Part shown: positions 45,150-56,900 of the stretch, piece by piece
How positions within the stretch are numbered: the first letter of the stretch is position 1
How the letters are laid out: every line of letters begins with the position of its first letter
Assembly (NCBI GenBank): GCA_910580135.1
Contig: CAJTXC010000001.1
Location: 2,425-66,424, forward strand
Direction of reading: 5' to 3'
Length of the DNA stretch: 64,000 nucleotides
Source: an uncultured Bacilli bacterium
Lineage (GTDB): Bacteria; Bacillota_I; Bacilli_A; RF39; UBA660
Notes under the pieces: model-generated
Seen by the model: only the letters and a program-made list of their open reading frames with translations
What the model was told of the DNA's origin: nothing
The model's database searches: none
Position numbers and translations under genes: made by a program

Positions 45150-46919
45150 ATGGCTGATATTAATCAAGAAATATTACAACAATATTATGATAGTAGAAAT
45201 TATGCAGCTGCTGCTGAATATTTGAAAACAGCTACTGCTAAAGATTATCGTTCACAACAACAATTAAATGCTCACATAAGACAACTTGAACGAGATGCTG
45301 CTATTCAAAATTCTATATATACTGGACTAGATGCTAATCAAAAAGAAGCATATGTTTTTATGCAAGGAATGAATGGAGCAGGTACTATTCCTCGAAATAG
45401 AACTATAACAATTAACGGAGTACAAACTCAAGAAGTTAATAGTTATGGTACTAATTATTTGAATTATATGAATTCTCTTAGAAGTAATGATGGAACTGCA
45501 TTAGACAAGATTGCTATAAATGTAAATAGCGATGATGATTTAGCTCTTTTAACTTCTAGTTTAGGTTTTCAAAATATTAATTCTAATGACCTTGGTATTT
45601 CTTATCAATCTTTAGGAGAAGGAAAACATAGAATTCTATTAAGTAGAGATAATAAAAATTTATATAAAGTATTAAATGCTGTAAACAATATTTCTTCTAG
45701 AAGCGGATTGGATATAGCAAATAATATAGCAGGCAAAACTGCTGTTATGGCAGGTATAGGTGGAGCAGGAGGCGCAATGTTTGCTGGTGTAGGAGCTATT
45801 CCTGGAACTATTGTAGGTGGAGCTGTAGGTCTTGGTGGAGGTATAGTAGAAGAAATATATAATGCAGTGACTAATTCAAATAGATTTGATATTTACGGTG
45901 TAGCACCAAGTGGTAAAGTTTATTCTACAGATGAATTTAATTATAATAATCTTGAAGCTGCTATGTCTGAAGTAAATAAAGCTAATGAAATTTATTCTTC
46001 TATAAATGCAAATAAAGAAAAAGAACAAACTTTTACTACAGAAACTGTAGTTACCCAATTTTTAGGTGCAGGTCATGCTGAAGCATTTAAAGCTCTTCAA
46101 CAAGGTAGAATTGACCAAACTACTTATGATAAAATTACTAAAAATTGGGAAGATGCTTATGACAGACTTATAAGTGGAGCTGATTTTACTAAACATGAAA
46201 TATATGCTTGGTCTGCTGATTCTGGTGAAGGTGTTAATCTTACTAAAGTAGATAATGCTAATGTTCCTGATTTAAAAGGAGAAGTTTTATTAGCTATGAA
46301 AGAAGGAAGAGTTGCTAAATCTCTTTGTGTTAAAGATGGAGAAATAGGTACTCTTCTTACTATAACTCCTCAAACTGATAAAAATGGCGAATGGTCTGAA
46401 GGAAAAGGAGATGTTCAGAAAAAAATATTCATTCAAGGTCTTTTTGAAGGAACTGCTGAACAAGCATTTGAAGCTGATACAAAAAGTAAAGCTGCAAGAC
46501 AAAACGCCGATATGAAACGTTGGAATTATGAACAAAAACTTTCTAACGGTGTTACAGTAGGGTATTCATCTGGTTCTCCTTATATTAAAGCTCCAGATTC
46601 TAATGGAAACATGGCTATATCTGCAATAACAGAAGAAGATATGGTTAGAAATCTTAATGAATCTGTTATTCTTGAAAATAGTGTATTAGAAGTTTTATCT
46701 AATTTAGATGAAAATGGAGAATTACCGTATCAAACAATAAATGGTCGTAGAATTAGACCTACAGTAGAATCTATGCTTAATGCTTATTCTATAGCAGCTA
46801 CTAATGAAATGTATCCAAAAGGTTCTACTACAGAAAGAGAAAGAATACAATATCAAAATAATATGTATAATGCTATGAAATCGTTATACGATAGGTATTA
46901 TAATTATCAACATAATTAA
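45150..46919 (+). CDS. putative internal/ejection protein with glycine-zipper membrane segment (589 aa)
   Basis: The membrane-type segment is AVMAGIGGAGGAMFAGVGAIPGTIVGGAVGLGGGIV. Confidence 0.4.
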   Translation: MADINQEILQQYYDSRNYAAAAEYLKTATAKDYRSQQQLNAHIRQLERDAAIQNSIYTGLDANQKEAYVFMQGMNGAGTIPRNRTITINGVQTQEVNSYGTNYLNYMNSLRSNDGTALDKIAINVNSDDDLALLTSSLGFQNINSNDLGISYQSLGEGKHRILLSRDNKNLYKVLNAVNNISSRSGLDIANNIAGKTAVMAGIGGAGGAMFAGVGAIPGTIVGGAVGLGGGIVEEIYNAVTNSNRFDIYGVAPSGKVYSTDEFNYNNLEAAMSEVNKANEIYSSINANKEKEQTFTTETVVTQFLGAGHAEAFKALQQGRIDQTTYDKITKNWEDAYDRLISGADFTKHEIYAWSADSGEGVNLTKVDNANVPDLKGEVLLAMKEGRVAKSLCVKDGEIGTLLTITPQTDKNGEWSEGKGDVQKKIFIQGLFEGTAEQAFEADTKSKAARQNADMKRWNYEQKLSNGVTVGYSSGSPYIKAPDSNGNMAISAITEEDMVRNLNESVILENSVLEVLSNLDENGELPYQTINGRRIRPTVESMLNAYSIAATNEMYPKGSTTERERIQYQNNMYNAMKSLYDRYYNYQHN

Positions 46920-46928
46920 AATTTTAAT

Positions 46929-49900
46929 ATGGATATTCAAGCTATTTTTAATGCAGGAGGAACTGTTATTAAAAATCCTAATTATAAAAAAAGAAAAAAG
47001 AATACTCAACCAGAGTATATAACAGTTTCTGATTTAGATTCAGGAATTGCTCCTGATGGAAGTATTGTAGCAGATATAGCGTACAAAGCTGCTGCAAGTG
47101 GAAATCAAGATATATTAGGAAGAAATGGAGAATTAGATAAATATATAGAACATGGTCTTACTCCAAATGGTTGGGAAGATTTAGATGTTCAACTTGCAGA
47201 ACAACAAGGTAATTGGACTAAATTAGGTAACGCTCTTGCTCAAACTCTTGTATCTGAATTAGCTCTTGGAACAGTTAAAGGTTTCAGTGATTTAGGAGAT
47301 TTAATAGGACAAGCTGTTGGACTAAGTGACGGTGATTATTCAAATCCTGTTAGTCAATATCTTGAAGAAAAACAAGAAGAATTTCGTAATTTTGCTCCTA
47401 TATATACAAGACCTGGTGTTAACATAAGTAATGGAGGATTACTTGATGCAGGTTGGTGGACTAGTAATATACCAAGTATTATTAGTTCATTAACTCTTCT
47501 TATTCCAAGTACTGGTATTACAAAAGGTTTATCAGCTATAGGAAAAGCAGCTAATGTAGGTGCTCGTACAAGAAACGCTATACGTGCTGTTAGTGGTGTT
47601 AATCGTAAAATGGTACAAGCTGAACGTCTTAGAGAAGCAGGCAGAACTACTGAAGAAATTGCTGAACTTACTAGACTTAATGGAGTTCAAAAGTTTCTAA
47701 CAAGTGCTAGTACAGCTAAACAAACTTCTCTTTTCTTAGAAAATGCTACAACTGCTGCTCTTAGTAGAGCAATGGAGAATTATCAAGAAGCTCGTCAAAC
47801 ATATAATGATATGTACGCTGAAGCTTCAGAATATCTTAAAGATGATAATAATTATCAGACATTTCTTCAGCAAAATAGTGAATCTCTTAGGCAAGCAGGT
47901 GTTGATGTAAATGATAGAGATGCTGTAGCTAAATATATTTCTTCTTCTGCTGCCGATAGAACCTTTCAAACTGACTGGTTTAATGTTAGTTGGGATGTTA
48001 TTCAAATGTATGGTCTTAGAAATGCTTGGAAAGGACTTAGAAATGCTAAAGATACTCCTTCTGCTGTAAGACGTGCTGAATTAGATGCTCGTAAATATTT
48101 TGGTAAAAAGCCTGAAGAAATAGCTAAACTTAAAGCTCAACGTTCTTTTGGTGAAAAAGCACGAGAATGGGCTAGTGATAGACTTTATGGTTCTAAACTT
48201 ATTGTTGGTTTTGAATTAAGTGAAGGTGCTGAAGAAGCACTTAACTATATTGCTACAGAAGAAGGTATGCGATTTGGTCGTGTTCTTCTTGGAACAGAAC
48301 AAGGAGAAAATAAAGGTGTATGGAGTAACATACTTAATGGATTTGATGGTCGTTTGAAATCTTATCTTCAAGCTCCAGAACTTTATGATGCTGCTTTTTG
48401 GGGTGTTCTTGGTGGTGTAGTTTTTCAAGCTGGTGGTAGTTTTATTAATCGTGTAGGTCAAAAGTTTAATAAATCTGAAGCTGACAAAAATGCTGCAAGT
48501 AAACTCCCGTGGTATCAACTTGACCAACTTCCTGAAAATCAAAGACGTATAGCAGAAATAGAAGCTCGTTCTACTGATTTTGCTAATTACAAATCTCAAC
48601 TTGATAAAATTAATCAAGGAATTGATGTTTATAATTCTACAGAGAATAATGAAGTAAGATTTAATTCTGAAGAAGAAGCTAATGTAGCAAGAGAGAAACT
48701 TAAAGATGAATTTATTGCTAGTATGACTCTTCGTGCAATGAATTCTGGTAATTATGATATGCTTAAAGCTTTTCTTCAAGATGAAAATGTTCGTAAAAAT
48801 TTAATTGAAAGTGGTGTTTTTGGACATGAAAGTGAAAATGGTAAAACATCTGCTGAAATAGAACAAGAAGCTAAAGAATACGTTGATTCTGCTGTTAGAC
48901 GTATGGATGAAATTGCTGATATGTATGAGCAAGAACTTACAGCAGTCGATTACGCTTCTTCTCGTATTGGCAAAGATATGTTAGCCGAATATATGCAAAT
49001 TATAGCTAACAATAATGTTAATACACAACTTGCTCTTAGACAAAATCAACTTTCACTTGCAGGAACTAATGCTAGAATTGCTCAATTAGAAGAACAATTT
49101 AGAGATAATCTTGACCCTAGTATTAATCATGCAAATAATATTAAAGTAGGTCTTATTTCTTCTGAATTAGGTAAACTTTATGCTGAGAAAAAGAAACTTA
49201 CTGAACAGCCTAATAGTCTTAGCAAAACTATAGCACTCGAAAACATTAATAAAAAGATTGAAACTCTTGAAAATGAACTTTCAGATAGTGAACTTGTTTT
49301 TGCTACTTCTTTAGCTCTTCGTTATGTAAAGAAAGAAGATGGTTCTTATGCACAAGAAGATACTGAAGATTATTTTAGATACAGAGATAATCAAATAATT
49401 AATCATACAGAAGATAATGTAGGTTTAACTTTTGACGATACTTTAATAAGTGTTGGACTTTCTCGTCGTGCTAGAACTGTTCTTAGTGATGTAGCAATGC
49501 AAGAATATAAAGTTCTTGAACAAGATGCTGGTAGTAGTTTTGCTACTCTTCGTCAAATTAGTCCAGAACTTAACGATTTGTATGCTGTTCGTGCTGCTAC
49601 AGAATTATCTTCTAAAATGCTTAATTCTGAACTTGTTCGCACTGTAGATGAAGTAAGAGATTATTCTGCTATGCTTCATAATACAATGAGTGAAGCACGT
49701 ATTACTGCAATTGAACAATCCAATAAAACTATACTTGATTTATATAAGAAATATGGTAGAGATATTGAGTTCTATGTAACTGATGATTATAGCAGTAAAA
49801 ATGAAGTACTTAGAAAACTTTCTGAAAGTGAACGTAAAAATCTTGATGATGCTCTTAAAGTTTTAGCACTTACTAAATCTTATAATCGTTCTCTTGGTTT

Positions 49901-52900
49901 ACAACTTGAACTTATGTTTAGAAATCATGATGCAATAGTTGCTAGTCAAGATAGTGCTTTTATAGATGAAGAAAGTGAGGAAAACTCCACAAATTTAGAA
50001 GGCGATACAGACACTATTAACCCAGACCTTGACAATTACACAGGAACAACCGAACAAGACGACACAGAGCAAGTAATCGGGCAAAATGACGATATTACGC
50101 AGCCGAATGACCCCCAAAATATCTCAAACCGAACTCCTGCTTATTATGCTAAATTTTGGTTTCCAAAAGGTGTTCTTTCAAGTAGTAGACATAGTAGCAC
50201 AGATAACGGTGGAGCAGCAGTTTACGATAATGGAGATGGGACATTTACTTTAGATGTTCGTGATGATAAAAAAGCTCTTAACGATTCTCGTTTCTTTGCT
50301 AATGCTGATGAAGTAGATTTAACTCGTCCTTATGAAATAGTAGAAAAACCTATTCTTAAAAAGAATAAAAAAGGTAAACTTGAAGTTTATAAACAAGGTA
50401 GACTTGTTAATACTGATACATTAGAATATCAAGCTGCTCAACAAGCAGAAACTCAAGAAGAAGTTCAAGATGAAGTTCAGACTGAGGAAACTCAAGATGA
50501 AACAGTTGAACAACCTATTGAACATACTACTGAAGAAGAAGTTGAAGAAACTACTCAACCTGAGCAAGTAGAAGCTGACAACCCTTCTACGGGGGAGGTA
50601 GTTGCTGAAACTACTTCAGTTAATACAGAAAGTTCTGCTCCTGTTTCTGTTTATGATGAAGTTGTTCCAGATGAAGTTACTACAGAAGATGAAATTCGTA
50701 TGGCTAGTCTTGGAAGATTTCAAAAAGAATTTAAAGCTAATAATGATGTAGATTTAGATTCTATTGCTAGTGAAATCATAAACGAAGAAGTTAGAAAAGG
50801 TAGAGATAGACAAATGGTAGAAGCAGCTGTTAATAAATCTCTTTCTATTATTAAACGAGTAATAGAGCGTAAAAGAGGAAAAGCTGCTGATTCTGTTATG
50901 CAAAGTTCTGTTGATGAAGTTATTGTTCAATCAAGTATTGTAGAGCTTACAGCTAGAAATCCTTTTATTAAAGATTATACTGATGCTGTTAAGTCTATGA
51001 TAAATGAATTTTGTAAGGAAGTAGGTATAAATGAATATAATGGCAAAAAGTATATCAATCTTGAAGATTTACTTAGATATGTAAATACTATAACAAATGA
51101 TAGTCAAACTTCTAATATGATGTTTGACGCACTTAAAGTTTATCTTACTACAGACGAAGCTAAAAAAGAGTTTATAACAACTGATGAAACTCAGAATAGT
51201 GATACTCTTAAAAAGAATATAGCTAAGTCTGCTGCTCAACGTTATCAAGAAAGACTTTCTGATACTACTACACAACGAGTAGATATTTGGAGTCTTCGTA
51301 GAACTATGTCTTCTAATAAAGAACTTCAAGAATTTGAAGAAGCACTTGAGGCTATACAAAAAGGAGATAAACTTACTTATGTAAAAGAAGATAAAAGAAT
51401 TGTTCTTAAAGATTCTAAAGGTAGAATTGTCGGTACTTTAGCTATTCCAAGTATCAATCCTAAAACTGGTGCTTATGAAATAGCTAATGATGGTTGGAGA
51501 TATGATATTATTTCTCAAACTGGTGGTAATATAAATAGTAATCTTAAAACCCTATTTTCTCGTTGGCTTAATGAAGTGAATGATGCAAGTAAAGAACTTA
51601 ATGCTATTATTTACGAATTAGCATTTGAAAATGTAAGTCCTGAAAGAAAGAAAGAACTTCTTGTTAAATTTGCTAATAATTCTGAAATTAAATCTGCCAG
51701 AAATAATGGTTTTATAGATGCTGCTGCAACTAATGAAAAACTTATTAATGGTCTTGTTAAACTTTGGAGATACCAAAATTATACAGATGGAGATGTTACT
51801 ACTTTACGTAATAAACGTATTGATAGAACATTGAATACTTGGTTTAGCAAACTTCGTAATAGTTATGATGGAGTTAGTTATCTATTAAATGAAGAAAATG
51901 GAGAAATAGAAGTAACTAATATTAGTGATGGCGAGATAATTAGAGCTTCAGAAACTAATGGACAAGAAGCTGCTCTTCCTGTTAATAAGGCAATAGCTGG
52001 TGGTGTAAATCCTTCTATTCATAAATTAGCTATAGCCTCTAATAACGCTAATCATCTTACTGTTTCAGGTATGCCTGATATTCATTTTTCTGGTGTAGGT
52101 AAAATGAATACTTTTGTTCTTTTACCTAATAGAAACGGAAGTTATGAATATGTTCAAGCATATCCTGCTGATATTACTGATGATTATATAGGAAAAGATG
52201 CCAAAGAAATAATTAAAGCAATTCAAGATAGAGTAGAACAACTAATTGAAACTCATGTTAAACAACCTACTCAAGAAAGTTTCGAAGCTATTAAATCTTT
52301 TGTTAAATCTGTTCTTAGTAATCATAATGGTAATAGTAGTCTATTTTGGAATCTTACTCTTTTTGAACAAGGTAATACTTTTGGTATTTCTTTGAATAAA
52401 GATACTAAGATTGTTATAAATGCTACAACAGGGCAAGTAGATATTTCTAAATCAGAATATAAACCTAATAAAAAAGGATTTAGACAAATAAGGGTTGATT
52501 TAAATAGTAAACAAGCTAAAGATGCAATATCTGAACTATTAAATAATCTTAGATTTAATCTCAATCCTACTTATATAGCTTCAGATAATGCTACAAATAC
52601 TATTTTAAATGGTATAGTTAAACGTAGAAATGGTAAATTTGAAATAACTATTGGAGATAGGACTTGGTCATACGATAGTTTCAATGATTTTATACTTTCT
52701 AATAATCTTGTTAGACTTAATACCAAACCAAATGAAAGAGGAACAAGTAATTTTACTCCTCGTGGTAGTCGTAGTCAAAGTGGTAATCAAGTATTAGAAA
52801 TTAGAATTAATAGTACAACCACCTCCCCCGTAGAAAACCTCATAGAAACTCAATCTACTGAACCTGTTATTCCAGATACTAAAAACATTTCTATTCCTGA

Positions 52901-53894
52901 AAGAGCTATTGCTATTCTTAACGGAACACAACAAAGTAGTCATAAAGGTAATGATATTGCTGCTTTAATATTTAATGAAAAACAGTTAAAAGCGTTCAAA
53001 GAGTTGCAATTATTACCGGAAAATATTATATTTGACGAAAATTTCAATAATAAAGAAGGATATGAAACAATTAATGCTGAATATAATGTTAAGACAAGAC
53101 AAATAACTGTAGGTAAACGTTGGCTTGATATGTTTAATAATCCTACTACTCGTAATCAAGCTATTCGTAAACTTATTCATGAGCAACTTCACTATAAGAT
53201 TGGACGAAACAAAGGATATGTTAGAAGTGTTCAAAGTATATATGATGAATTTAAGGAATATCTTGATAAAAATAATGTTCCTAAAGATGCACATATTAGA
53301 GCTTATCTTTTTGAAGGAAAGAAAACTCAACTTGAAACACTTGAAGAATTTCTTGTTGAATCTCTTACAAGTCAAGAACTTGCTCAGTATCTCAATAATA
53401 TAGAAACTACTGTTCCAATTAAATATGGTGCTAAGAACCTATGGCAAAAAATAATGAAAGTTCTTAGTGATATATTTGGTTGGGGAATAAATAAAGGTAG
53501 TCTTTATGAGAAAGAACTTAATACTATTCGTAATTTAAAACTTGAAGATTCCGCTGCTGAAACTTCTACAGAAACAACTGAAACTGAACAAGAACAACCT
53601 GCTACAACAGAAGAAGTTGAAACTAAAGAAGAAAAAGTAGAAGAAAAGATAGAAGTAACAGACGAAGAAGATAGTTCTACAAATGATGACGATTTTGTAG
53701 ATATAAGTGATGATTTAATAGATGAATTTGATAGTAGTGTTACAGAAGAACCTATTGTTAATAGAGATGGTAGTACAAATCTAATGTCAAATGTTCCGTC
53801 TATTCAGTCTATTACTGAAACATTACCGTTAGACCAACAGCCCGAATTTGCCTCTCTCGTGGCTTCTGCTGAGATTGAAACCTCTTGCCGATGA
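46929..53894 (+). CDS. giant virion protein (2321 aa) with C-terminal zincin HExxH motif and acidic low-complexity tracts
   Basis: HEQLH is encoded at 53178-53192 (IRKLIHEQLHYKIG). There are E/Q/T/D-rich tracts around aa 1170-1230 and at the C-terminus, and hydrophobic Gly-rich segments near the N-terminus. Confidence 0.6.
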   Translation: MDIQAIFNAGGTVIKNPNYKKRKKNTQPEYITVSDLDSGIAPDGSIVADIAYKAAASGNQDILGRNGELDKYIEHGLTPNGWEDLDVQLAEQQGNWTKLGNALAQTLVSELALGTVKGFSDLGDLIGQAVGLSDGDYSNPVSQYLEEKQEEFRNFAPIYTRPGVNISNGGLLDAGWWTSNIPSIISSLTLLIPSTGITKGLSAIGKAANVGARTRNAIRAVSGVNRKMVQAERLREAGRTTEEIAELTRLNGVQKFLTSASTAKQTSLFLENATTAALSRAMENYQEARQTYNDMYAEASEYLKDDNNYQTFLQQNSESLRQAGVDVNDRDAVAKYISSSAADRTFQTDWFNVSWDVIQMYGLRNAWKGLRNAKDTPSAVRRAELDARKYFGKKPEEIAKLKAQRSFGEKAREWASDRLYGSKLIVGFELSEGAEEALNYIATEEGMRFGRVLLGTEQGENKGVWSNILNGFDGRLKSYLQAPELYDAAFWGVLGGVVFQAGGSFINRVGQKFNKSEADKNAASKLPWYQLDQLPENQRRIAEIEARSTDFANYKSQLDKINQGIDVYNSTENNEVRFNSEEEANVAREKLKDEFIASMTLRAMNSGNYDMLKAFLQDENVRKNLIESGVFGHESENGKTSAEIEQEAKEYVDSAVRRMDEIADMYEQELTAVDYASSRIGKDMLAEYMQIIANNNVNTQLALRQNQLSLAGTNARIAQLEEQFRDNLDPSINHANNIKVGLISSELGKLYAEKKKLTEQPNSLSKTIALENINKKIETLENELSDSELVFATSLALRYVKKEDGSYAQEDTEDYFRYRDNQIINHTEDNVGLTFDDTLISVGLSRRARTVLSDVAMQEYKVLEQDAGSSFATLRQISPELNDLYAVRAATELSSKMLNSELVRTVDEVRDYSAMLHNTMSEARITAIEQSNKTILDLYKKYGRDIEFYVTDDYSSKNEVLRKLSESERKNLDDALKVLALTKSYNRSLGLQLELMFRNHDAIVASQDSAFIDEESEENSTNLEGDTDTINPDLDNYTGTTEQDDTEQVIGQNDDITQPNDPQNISNRTPAYYAKFWFPKGVLSSSRHSSTDNGGAAVYDNGDGTFTLDVRDDKKALNDSRFFANADEVDLTRPYEIVEKPILKKNKKGKLEVYKQGRLVNTDTLEYQAAQQAETQEEVQDEVQTEETQDETVEQPIEHTTEEEVEETTQPEQVEADNPSTGEVVAETTSVNTESSAPVSVYDEVVPDEVTTEDEIRMASLGRFQKEFKANNDVDLDSIASEIINEEVRKGRDRQMVEAAVNKSLSIIKRVIERKRGKAADSVMQSSVDEVIVQSSIVELTARNPFIKDYTDAVKSMINEFCKEVGINEYNGKKYINLEDLLRYVNTITNDSQTSNMMFDALKVYLTTDEAKKEFITTDETQNSDTLKKNIAKSAAQRYQERLSDTTTQRVDIWSLRRTMSSNKELQEFEEALEAIQKGDKLTYVKEDKRIVLKDSKGRIVGTLAIPSINPKTGAYEIANDGWRYDIISQTGGNINSNLKTLFSRWLNEVNDASKELNAIIYELAFENVSPERKKELLVKFANNSEIKSARNNGFIDAAATNEKLINGLVKLWRYQNYTDGDVTTLRNKRIDRTLNTWFSKLRNSYDGVSYLLNEENGEIEVTNISDGEIIRASETNGQEAALPVNKAIAGGVNPSIHKLAIASNNANHLTVSGMPDIHFSGVGKMNTFVLLPNRNGSYEYVQAYPADITDDYIGKDAKEIIKAIQDRVEQLIETHVKQPTQESFEAIKSFVKSVLSNHNGNSSLFWNLTLFEQGNTFGISLNKDTKIVINATTGQVDISKSEYKPNKKGFRQIRVDLNSKQAKDAISELLNNLRFNLNPTYIASDNATNTILNGIVKRRNGKFEITIGDRTWSYDSFNDFILSNNLVRLNTKPNERGTSNFTPRGSRSQSGNQVLEIRINSTTTSPVENLIETQSTEPVIPDTKNISIPERAIAILNGTQQSSHKGNDIAALIFNEKQLKAFKELQLLPENIIFDENFNNKEGYETINAEYNVKTRQITVGKRWLDMFNNPTTRNQAIRKLIHEQLHYKIGRNKGYVRSVQSIYDEFKEYLDKNNVPKDAHIRAYLFEGKKTQLETLEEFLVESLTSQELAQYLNNIETTVPIKYGAKNLWQKIMKVLSDIFGWGINKGSLYEKELNTIRNLKLEDSAAETSTETTETEQEQPATTEEVETKEEKVEEKIEVTDEEDSSTNDDDFVDISDDLIDEFDSSVTEEPIVNRDGSTNLMSNVPSIQSITETLPLDQQPEFASLVASAEIETSCR
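50586..50597 (+). repeat. iterated motif, exact TCTACGGGGGAG
   Basis: Context caaccCTTCTACGGGGGAGGTAGTTgct, inside ORF 46929-53894, read as NPSTGEVV. Confidence 0.9.
52823..52834 (-). repeat. iterated motif, exact (CTCCCCCGTAGA)
   Basis: Context CAACCACCTCCCCCGTAGAAAA, same ORF, read as TTTSPVEN. The 22-nt context is identical to the copy at 42881. Confidence 0.9.
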
Positions 53895-53960
53895 TTTATA
53901 TTAGTCGGCTAACAAAGTGGCTCAAATTAGATAAAAATAAATTAAATAAATTATAATATT

Positions 53961-56900
53961 ATGAGTTGTAATCTTTTTATAGATAGCACAGAAGTTAATA
54001 ATGCTATTGTAGCAGCAAGTAAAGGAAATAGTATTCTTGCTACAAGATATACTCTTGAATTTAAGAGTGAAGCGTTTGCTAAAGAACTTAAAGATAAATT
54101 AGGATTAAGTATTGATGAAATTCCTAAAAATAAACTTAATGAAGTAGTCAAACTTCTGCAAGAATATCATAATAGACTCTATCCTGATATTAATTATAGT
54201 ACCAAGCTTAATACGAGTGATTCTCCAATCACTCGTTTCGGGTATGATAGTGTTGCTACTCGTGAATTTGGTAAGAAACTTGCAGCTAATTTTATGTTAA
54301 GTGCTTATCATCAACTTGTTCATGATAAAGGTAAAACAATACAACAAGCTCTTAAAGAAATTAAAGAGAAAACAAAGAAAGATATATCTCCAAGAGATTA
54401 TTTTGCTAATACTGTAGTAGCTAAAGTTAAAAAACTTATTATTGAAAGAATTGTAAGTAGAAAATTAACTACTAAAGAAGAAGTTTTGCAATTAATGAAA
54501 ACAAATAATACTGCAAAACTTGAAGAACTATTTGCAAAAGATAATCGTATTGAAGATGCCAATCTTCTTGCTATGTATAAAGAAATACTTGGCAATAGAC
54601 GAGCTTTCTTTGAAGAAGTATTTCGTAATAACGCTCTTGGAGAACTTAGACTTAAGAAACAGCCTATAGCAGAAGATACTTCTTATGAAGCAATAGATGA
54701 ACAAGTAGAAGAAGAACTAGATTCTGAAGAAGGAAATGATTCTCCTACTGATGATAAAAACAATTCTATTAAAGAATTGAATGAAAAACTTGGTGACTAT
54801 AATAACTTTATGACTCATGTTGGAATGAGTATCAGAGGTTATTTTTCAAGTCTTCCTAGAATTATAAATGGTGAAAAATCTAACGGTAAATATGTTCAGG
54901 ATACCAATAATCCTTTTGGCATAGCAGATACAATGTCTGCTGCTCAATGTATTGCTGTTCTTTATTCTTATGGTAACTTCACTAATACAAAAACTATGAT
55001 AGATAGTATTCGTGAAATTGCTGATAATGTTCCGGGAATGGCAGCGTTTCATCAAGTTGCAGATTATCTTGACACTAATATTAGTTTTGCATTTGAAGTA
55101 TATAGAACTTTTGGTAAAGCTATTGTTAGCAAAATAGAAACTACAGATGCTAGTGGAGAATTTGGTAGTAGAACAAGTAATAGAACTGCTGATAAACTTA
55201 CTACACTTAAATTTGAATTTTTTAATAGTGCTAAGTCTACAAGTATTCGTTCTGAAGTAGAACATAGTAGTGATATATTTACTTCTATAAGTAAAAGACT
55301 TAAAGATTTACGTCAATTTAAAAAAGATATTGACTCAGATAGTTCTGTAAGTCCTGAAGATATAGAGGATTTCAATGAAGAAGTAAAGAAAGTTGCTACA
55401 GATTTATATAATCTTCTTAAACGATATTATCCTACTCTTTCAGATAAAGCTATAATAAATTATGTTAATTCTGGAAATCAAGTAGATAATCTTGCTAACT
55501 TAAGTAATATAGCTCAGCTTACAATAAAAGGAGCAGAGAAGAGTAAATTTACTTATGACAGCCGTCAAGCTGACCTTAATGCTCTTTATAGTAAAAGATA
55601 CCAACTTACACAAGCTCTTGAAAATGGCGAAAAGATAAGAAATGGTGCTTTTGAAGAAATTGAAAATCAACTTAATCAGCTTTATTCTATTGATTATGTT
55701 AGCAAAGAAACTCAAGAAGCTGCTTATCAATTAGCTGATGCCCTTGTTAAATTTAGTCTAATTAAGACTGAACTTAATTCTCGTAACGTACATGGTAATC
55801 AATCATCTGATGTTATTAACAACAGTATGATTACTAATATTATAAATACTCTTAAAGACCAAACAGCATTAGAGAATTTTGGTAAATATAAAGGACAATC
55901 CAAACAATATGATTTCAGTAATATTATGATTGAGCATCGTGATGAAAATGGAAATCTTATTAATTATGGATTGTTTACTCAGAATCCAGATAGTAAAGAA
56001 CTTACTCCTACTCCTTATGCTTACAGACTTCTTCAAAATACTTTATTTAGTGGTGCTGGTAGTGTAGTAGATGGTAAAAATGTTCTTTATTCTGAAATGA
56101 GTAGAGGTGACTATACTACTACAGCTTTCATTAATTTCTTTAGAACTGAAGATGATTTTAGTCAACAAACTGAAGCTGATAAAATAGCTTTTGCAGAATA
56201 CTTTATGCGTATTCCATCTGATGCTCCTAAGAATTTTATTATTAAAGCTCCTAAATATTCTGTTAATGGATTGTTTACAAAAGACGGTGTTAATACAAAT
56301 CATCCTATTTTCCAACAGTTTAGACAAGTATTTATACAAGAGCTTCAAGATATGGCTACAGCTATAAATGTTCTATTTGAACATGAAAGTGGTAAAGTTC
56401 GTCTTGATACAGATGAAAAATCACCTACTTATGGTATGCCTATATTTAAGCCTGGATTTGCTAATGATGCAGAAACTGCTCGTAAACTTTATAATAACTA
56501 TCATACTAAGAAAGGTAAAATTCTTAAAAAACTTTCTACAGGTCAATATAGTCTTTTAGGAGATGTATTTACTTCTGATAGGTTTAAAGTTACTATTCTT
56601 AATGAAAATGGTAAACTTGAAGCTGTTAATTTTGCTGATGAGATATTAAAACATTTCAATCTTCTTTACGGGGGAGCTAATAATACTTATCTCCATACAA
56701 CTACCACAAGCAATGGCGTGACTGTTCAACTTACCGATGAACAAAGTGCTATTATAAATGAACAACTTTCTAAGTTTATTATAGCTTACTCAAGTAGAGC
56801 TGTAAATGAGCTTAATGTTTATAGGAATTTTATTCCTGAAGGACTTCTTACAAAACGTAATGCGGCTGAATTTGCTCTTAATCATAGACTTATGTATATT

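Noticed and set aside
53870-53910. Terminator after the 2321-aa gene (gccga ... tcggc).
   Set aside because: The stem is only 5 bp with a long AT loop and no T tract, which is too weak to call.
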